The translations under genes and the position numbers were made by a program. 64,000 nt of DNA from Nitrosopumilus sp. (GTDB lineage Archaea; Thermoproteota; Nitrososphaeria; Nitrososphaerales; Nitrosopumilaceae): contig OZ244651.1 of NCBI GenBank assembly GCA_965218695.1, positions 2,112,001-2,176,000 of the forward strand, in the 5' to 3' direction. Positions within the stretch are counted from its first letter, which is position 1. Each line of letters opens with the position of its first letter. Of this stretch, positions 58,238-64,000 are shown one piece after another. Below the pieces are notes generated by a model. The model was not told the origin of the DNA. It was given only the letters and a program-made list of their open reading frames with translations, and did no database searches.

Positions 58238-59479
58238 ATGGAGCACAAATATAAAATCGTAATACTGGTTACGTTGCAAATATCTCTAATAGTTGCAAGC
58301 ACTTTAATCATTGTATATTCTGAATCAGAGATAAACCTCACTGGAAACACTGTAAATGTTGCAGGAAAAAACAGAGTACTGACCAGCCAGGTACAAATTG
58401 AACTGAACCACCTATTACTCTATGATTCAATGCACAACACTCAAGTCCTTGAGGCTCTTGAGAATCTGGAGAACAATGTTTTATTTTTAAAGCACGGCGG
58501 CCAGTTATCTGAAATAAAGATATCCCCACTTGCATCGCGATTTGACAGTGATTGGAACGAGATCTGGAACACTTTTGAGGGGTACAAGGTAGAAGTGTCC
58601 GATTTGGTAAGCCAGGAAAATACTTCGTTAGAAGGCATTGTAGACGCAGAGCAGACAGGCAATGTGCTGGTACATCTGTCTGATGTACTCACAGACAAGC
58701 TGGGCAAAGACATCGAGCAGTTGTCATCCCGTCTGATATTCCTGCAGATAATGCTTGGTCTCATTAATGTTGCAGCGCATATCTCTATGATCTCTTTGAT
58801 ATGGCGAATCTTTAACCGCCACGCTGAACAAAAAATAAAGACAGAAAAGTTTGTCGCCCTGGGCGAATTTGCTGCAATGGTAGCACACGACATGAAAAAC
58901 CCGCTGGGCACAATACGCAACTCCATGACGCTGATTCAGAGTAAGGGCGGCGGCAGGACAATACCGGAGGAGACGCAAAGAATAAATCGCGCCATTAAGC
59001 GAATGTCACACCAGGTGGAAGGCGTCTTGAATTATGTACGCACCATTCCGCTTGTTCTGGAGACGGCGTCAATCCGGGAAATAATAAAGCAGTCCCTTGA
59101 TAATGTGCAGATGCCTGACACCATAAGTCTGTCCATCCCAGATGAGGATGCCGTAGTACAATGCGATACGGAAAAATTGGAGTTTGTCTTTACCAACATC
59201 CTGCTAAATGCAGTGCAGGCGCTCGGCAATGATCACGGATACATAACGGTAAAACTTGATGATAAACAGAATGCGGTTGTGCTGTCATTTGAAAATTCCG
59301 GCTCTAGCATTTCAAAGGATGATGCATTCAGAATATTTGAACCGCTGTTTACAACAAAACTGCAAGGCACGGGACTAGGCCTTACCAGCTGCAAAAATAT
59401 CATAGAACGGCACCATGGAACCATAACTGCAAGCAATAATCCAGTAACATTTACAATAAGCCTCCCAAAGCAAGTGTGA
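58238..59479 (+). CDS. Sensor histidine kinase with PilJ/NarX-like extracytoplasmic domain
   Basis: 2 TM; VNVAGKNRVLT after TM1; AHDMKNPL, NILLNAVQA, FEPLFTTKLQGTGLGL. Confidence 0.9.
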   Translation: MEHKYKIVILVTLQISLIVASTLIIVYSESEINLTGNTVNVAGKNRVLTSQVQIELNHLLLYDSMHNTQVLEALENLENNVLFLKHGGQLSEIKISPLASRFDSDWNEIWNTFEGYKVEVSDLVSQENTSLEGIVDAEQTGNVLVHLSDVLTDKLGKDIEQLSSRLIFLQIMLGLINVAAHISMISLIWRIFNRHAEQKIKTEKFVALGEFAAMVAHDMKNPLGTIRNSMTLIQSKGGGRTIPEETQRINRAIKRMSHQVEGVLNYVRTIPLVLETASIREIIKQSLDNVQMPDTISLSIPDEDAVVQCDTEKLEFVFTNILLNAVQALGNDHGYITVKLDDKQNAVVLSFENSGSSISKDDAFRIFEPLFTTKLQGTGLGLTSCKNIIERHHGTITASNNPVTFTISLPKQV

Positions 59480-59481
59480 AG

Positions 59482-59850
59482 ATGGCAGATACAAAGAAGA
59501 TTCTCGTAGTTGATGATGATTATGATTTTCTCGAATCCTTGCAGTTGGTACTGATAAACGAGGGGCATGATGTGTTTCCGGCCGCAAATGGCTATGATGC
59601 CCTTACGCAATATCAGAAATTCAAACCGGATATCGTGTTTTTAGATGTAAAGATGCCAGGCATTGACGGGTATGAGACATTTTTGCGCATAAAAAAATAT
59701 GATGATGGTGCAAAGATAGTGTTCACCTCGAGCTACGTCCTGGATGATGCCAAATACAAGCAAGCCAAAAAACAGTCCCTTGCAGGCCTGATGAACAAGC
59801 CAATTAATCTGGACACTCTGCGCAGGATGATCAAAAAGCACATGAAATAA
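59482..59850 (+). CDS. Single-domain response regulator
   Basis: VVDDD, FLDVKMPGIDG, KP. Confidence 0.93.
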   Translation: MADTKKILVVDDDYDFLESLQLVLINEGHDVFPAANGYDALTQYQKFKPDIVFLDVKMPGIDGYETFLRIKKYDDGAKIVFTSSYVLDDAKYKQAKKQSLAGLMNKPINLDTLRRMIKKHMK

Positions 59851-59853
59851 TTT

Positions 59854-60621
59854 CTAAAAAATATTAGAGTTTTCTACTGCACGCAGTCTTTGGGCGTAAT
59901 GGTCTTTTGCTTGTTTGAAAAAATCCATATACCATCTTAGCAGCTGTTCGTCCTTGTTTAATGTCTTTTTTAGTTTTTTGGGATGTTGGTACAGCAGATA
60001 TGTATAAAACCAGTATGAGATCTGTTCTGCCAAATCAAGCTCTGATATTGACTCAATATTCCGCCTGTATTTGATGTGAATGTATGACATCAACTCGTAG
60101 AGGGGATTGTCTGCATGTGCCATTTTGGGATTGTTAAGATACAGCCCCTTTGACAGTATTTGTAGGTTGTATGCGTCTGGACCTAGAGTAGATTTGACGT
60201 CTTCCCACCTGCCAAATATTCTGGGAAGCAAATGGGAATAGCTTACAGCCATCCTGTCCATGTCTTTTTTGTCCGGTTGCAATGCATCAATGCAGTACAG
60301 TATGCCGTATAAGGAAAGGCTGTACTTTGCGTATGGCTTTGCATTCTTGTTCCTAATTACAAGACCGATATCCAGTATGCCGCCAGAATGTCTTTTTCTA
60401 TCCGTTCTTCCAACTAGCAGACGCCTGTACGTTTTTTCCTGTTCTCTTACTGCAGATACCTTGTGCAGCATGGTCTTTGCCATATCCCATGTAGTGCCCG
60501 CACCATTAACGAACAAAATATGTAGCAGTTCATGCACGTTTTGCTGGTGCTTTGATTTTTCTGTTCTGGCGTTACCGTACCGCCTGTGTGCTTCTGGCCT
60601 GACGTAGAACTTGTATGACAT
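59854..60621 (-). CDS. Hypothetical protein, possibly winged-helix DNA-binding
   Basis: Long ORF; TTWDMAK..YRRLL..GLV..YSLSLYGI pattern resembles a wHTH. Confidence 0.6.
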   Translation of the reverse strand: MSYKFYVRPEAHRRYGNARTEKSKHQQNVHELLHILFVNGAGTTWDMAKTMLHKVSAVREQEKTYRRLLVGRTDRKRHSGGILDIGLVIRNKNAKPYAKYSLSLYGILYCIDALQPDKKDMDRMAVSYSHLLPRIFGRWEDVKSTLGPDAYNLQILSKGLYLNNPKMAHADNPLYELMSYIHIKYRRNIESISELDLAEQISYWFYTYLLYQHPKKLKKTLNKDEQLLRWYMDFFKQAKDHYAQRLRAVENSNIF

Positions 60622-61319
60622 TAAATTACCATACACGGGTGTATCATTCAAAGGCATACCGCAAGTCATTATCAATCGCTATATAATCATATGCCATACC
60701 GACTAGTAATGATGTGGAAGAACGCAGAACCGATCTTGCCAGCATTTGACGAAGTAGATTTTGCCTATGAATTTACTTGCAGTAATGCATGTAGGGTGGC
60801 AGAAGCAGAAAAGATTACATCACTTGCAAGGACAGTCTATTATGCCGAAATTTTAATAGACAAATTAGTGGGAGAAGATGCCACTGGCTGGTAACGCATT
60901 ATCTTGCAATTAGGGGGGCGTGTGTCTGGCCCCCTTTTTATTAATATTATGTTTATAGTATGGATTAACAAGATTTACATCGATTGGCATGTCCAAAATA
61001 GATAATATGATTACAAACCCAACGAACTTACGTCATGGCACAAATCTAAAGCGTATTTGGTAGTAAATATCTCGCCAATGACAGGCATAATCCAAGATGA
61101 GAGGAGTCAACAGGATTACTTCAGATGATGCAGAGGGAATAACATCCCTGTACACAAAACACTACCCCATAACATGGTCTGACGAGGACATGTCCTGTGG
61201 GAATCATGAACCCCAACCTGTATCTTGAGGATCAAGGCGTTCCCGACATTTCACTCGGTATGCACCGCCGAGCCTCCCCGTCACTATCTAATACACCAAA
61301 ACCGATACTTAAGGAGTAG

Positions 61320-62711
61320 TCATTCTACATAGTGGTTGTGCACCAGGTTGTCATAGAACCTGACTGACTTTATGTTTAGAAACTCCAGCATCCCATACCT
61401 TGAGAGCTCCCTTCCAAACCCGCTGTGCTTGATTCCGCCAAACGGAATCCTCGGATCCGAGACCACCACATTATTGACACTCACTATACCTGACTCTATC
61501 TGTCTGGACATCCTCTCTGCCTTTGTGAGATCCCTTGTCCAGATGCTTGCGCCTAGGCCAAACTCGGTGTCGTTGGCCATCCTTATGGCCTCCTTTTCAT
61601 TCTCCACTATCGTAATCGGGGCCACCGGCCCAAAGGCCTCCTCCCTTGCAATTCTCATGTCAGGCTTTATGTTGGAGAGGATTGTCGGCATGTAAAAGAA
61701 GCCGTTGCCATCCATTCTGTCGCCTCCGAGCAGGACCTCGGCACCCCTGCCCTTTGCCTCCTCTACCATCTCTGATATGTTCTCAAGACCCTCTCTGTTT
61801 GAAATGGGTCCGATGTCAGTCTCCATGGATGACGGGTCTCCGACCTTCAACTGCGATGTCATTTTGACAAACATCTCGATGAATTCCTTTGCTACATTCC
61901 TTGTGACAAAGAATCTCTTTGAGGCTACGCAGCTCTGTCCGCAGTTGATGAACCTGCCCTTCACTGCCCCCTCTGCTGCCTTTTCAACGATTGCATCATC
62001 AAGCACTATGAAGGGATCGCTCCCACCAAGCTCCAGAACGCATTTTTTCAGGTTTGATGCGGCCCTTCTTCCCACTTCTATCCCTGCATTTGTGCTTCCG
62101 GTAAATGTGATGGCATTGGTGTTTGAGTCAATCAGGTGGTTTGCAGACTCAACGCTTCCCACTATGGTCTGGAACACACCCTCAGGCACGCCAGAACTGA
62201 CGAATGCCTTTTCAATCTCGATTCCAGACTGCATTGTCACCCTTGAAGGCTTCATCGCGATTACGTTTCCGGCCATTAGACATGGGGCTGCAAACCTCAG
62301 CGCTTGCCAGTACGGAAAGTTCCACGGCATGATGGAGCCGATAACACCCAACGGCTCAAACGTCAAAAAGCTCTTTCTTGCATCCGTGTTGAGCACCTCG
62401 TCAGTCAGAAAACTGTCTCCATGGTCTGCATAGAACTCTAGGGCCCATGCACACTTTTCGACCTCACCGACTGATTCCTTGATGGCCTTTCCCATCTCTT
62501 CTGTTGCAACCTTTGCAAGTTGCATCTTGTTCTTCTTGAGGTGCTCTACCAGGTTGTAGATGTAGCTTCGGCGCTTCTCATAGTCGCCCTTCCACTCTGG
62601 AAACACCCCCTTGGCCTTTCCCACGATGGCAAACACCTGATCCCTGTCCATGGCCTGGTATGTAGCAATGCATTCACCGGTTGCCGGATTGACCGTCTCT
62701 ATCTGGTTCAA
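61320..62711 (-). CDS. Aldehyde dehydrogenase (succinate-semialdehyde dehydrogenase-like)
   Basis: MPWNFP, FTGS, LELGGSDP, NCGQSC, EEAFGP, PFGGIKHSGFGRE. Confidence 0.95.
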   Translation of the reverse strand: MNQIETVNPATGECIATYQAMDRDQVFAIVGKAKGVFPEWKGDYEKRRSYIYNLVEHLKKNKMQLAKVATEEMGKAIKESVGEVEKCAWALEFYADHGDSFLTDEVLNTDARKSFLTFEPLGVIGSIMPWNFPYWQALRFAAPCLMAGNVIAMKPSRVTMQSGIEIEKAFVSSGVPEGVFQTIVGSVESANHLIDSNTNAITFTGSTNAGIEVGRRAASNLKKCVLELGGSDPFIVLDDAIVEKAAEGAVKGRFINCGQSCVASKRFFVTRNVAKEFIEMFVKMTSQLKVGDPSSMETDIGPISNREGLENISEMVEEAKGRGAEVLLGGDRMDGNGFFYMPTILSNIKPDMRIAREEAFGPVAPITIVENEKEAIRMANDTEFGLGASIWTRDLTKAERMSRQIESGIVSVNNVVVSDPRIPFGGIKHSGFGRELSRYGMLEFLNIKSVRFYDNLVHNHYVE

Positions 62712-63127
62712 CGCGTATCTCTGTAAAACCTCTCATAATATTCGGCGACGCCTGCAAGCATCCCTGCGTATGGATTAATCAACACATGCACGGATTCGTC
62801 ATAGAGCTTCATGTATGTGATTCTCATTCGGGTGTACCACTTGAGATAATCGTCAAAGTCATCAACATGCTTGATCCACATGTCAGTCATGCTGTCTGCA
62901 TACGGCCGTATGTACTCCAGAAGATCCTGCAGAGGAAGCATCCTTTCAAAGGTATTCTCTGCCATTATGCACGTACCATACACGTCATCAAGCGTGTGCA
63001 GATACTCCTTGTACATGTCTGAATACATTTGAAGATGCACAGGCAGGTGCATCTCCATCCTGTTGATTACCTTGGACATGTTGTCCTTGTACATGTTGCA
63101 GACTGATGGGGTCTCTTGGACTGACAT
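62708..63127 (-). CDS. Helical hypothetical protein coupled to the ALDH
   Basis: 139-aa ORF with 4-bp overlap to the ALDH start. Confidence 0.6.
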   Translation of the reverse strand: MSVQETPSVCNMYKDNMSKVINRMEMHLPVHLQMYSDMYKEYLHTLDDVYGTCIMAENTFERMLPLQDLLEYIRPYADSMTDMWIKHVDDFDDYLKWYTRMRITYMKLYDESVHVLINPYAGMLAGVAEYYERFYRDTR

Positions 63128-63393
63128 TACTACGCGTCTCTACAGGCTCTATATCTTTATTTTGCATGTGACCTGCCAGATTCTGCCAATGGTGCAATTC
63201 CATGAAATATCCTATCCGGATGCACACCATCTTCACTGCAGACGTGCATGCACCTTGTGTGTCATCCCTGCAACAGACGTAGCTACAAATGATCATACCC
63301 AGATACCTGCATGCCCCATACTAGGATACCCGTTGCGAATCCTGTCTGCCCTCCCCCTGTGTGATTATAATTTATAACAGAAGGTTGTCTGGA

Positions 63394-63915
63394 ATGTGGT
63401 TGGTAGACAAATACGAGGATCCATTTGTCAGAATCGCTTCCATGATTGGAGGGGACGAGTATCTCAAGGTTGCAAGATCCCTGCTCAAGGCTGAGGATGC
63501 CACAGACGAGGAGATTGCAAGCTCGACTGGTCTTAGAATCAACATGGTGCGGAAGGTTCTCTATGACCTGTTTGGCAAATCACTCATTACCGGAATCAGG
63601 GTCAAGGACGAGAGGAAGGGATGGTTTGTCTACAGGTGGAGAACCAGAAGGGACGAAGTCGAGCATTTTATCGAGAATCAAAAGAAGAAGATTGGGGAGA
63701 GACTGCAGCAGAGACTAGACTATGAGAACGCCTCTGACTTTTACCATTGTGGAAACGAAGACTGTCCAAGGGTGGCCTTTGAAGATGCCCTTGAAAGCAT
63801 GTTCAGGTGTTCCTCGTGCGGAAAGGTGTTGAACCTGAAGAAGAATGACAGATCAAAGAAAGCCTACTCCAAAAAAATCGACGAGATCAAAAAAGACATA
63901 CAACAGGTATTCTAG
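63394..63915 (+). CDS. tfe: Transcription factor E alpha (start 63394 or TTG 63400)
   Basis: ATDEEIA..LRINMVRKVLYDL, GWFVYRW, zinc ribbon C..C..FRCSSCG. Confidence 0.93.
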   Translation: MWLVDKYEDPFVRIASMIGGDEYLKVARSLLKAEDATDEEIASSTGLRINMVRKVLYDLFGKSLITGIRVKDERKGWFVYRWRTRRDEVEHFIENQKKKIGERLQQRLDYENASDFYHCGNEDCPRVAFEDALESMFRCSSCGKVLNLKKNDRSKKAYSKKIDEIKKDIQQVF

Positions 63916-64000
63916 GTCAAGTGGGAACCTTTGCTTATTCTAGTCCCAGAAGAACCCAATTCCGGGGTTACTTCTCCACGATCACGTTCTTGCCGCTACC

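Noticed and set aside
60691-60894. 67-aa ORF next to the two-component locus
   Set aside because: No recognisable motif; cannot be distinguished from a gene fragment or chance ORF

Overview
Chromosomal segment of an ammonia-oxidising archaeon (Nitrosopumilaceae-like, Nitrososphaerota/Thaumarchaeota). The assignment rests on the A-type ATP synthase, amt, PEFG-CTERM/CFI-box-CTERM surface proteins, S19e, Rpp21, Nep1, TFE and the archaeal riboflavin genes. The conserved backbone runs: amt, rhodanese, atpI/E/A/B/D/K, pyrI/pyrB, a ~22 kb cluster of copper-related and secreted proteins, rhomboid, nitrilase, thiolase/DUF35, an HTH-ATP-cone-degenerate-NrdD protein followed by class II RNR, tRNA-Gly, riboflavin operon, a two-component locus, an aldehyde dehydrogenase and tfe. 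About 11.5 kb (~18%) is insertion sequence: 8 elements of the IS66, ISH3 and IS630 families, all with readable TIRs and target duplications. Four of them form a nested stack at one 5-bp site. There are also tiny MITE-like elements, three perfect coding tandem-repeat expansions and IS-linked pseudogenes, which suggests a host-associated lineage (inference). Best candidates for undescribed biology: (i) a catalytically dead class III RNR fused to wHTH and ATP-cone directly upstream of nrdJ, a possible nucleotide-sensing regulator; (ii) a copper-acquisition island of paralogous secreted proteins with predicted N-terminal His plus a cupredoxin with a 40-Met repeat; (iii) a NarX-P-box-like histidine kinase that might sense nitrite. 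All family calls come from motif recognition, not database searches.
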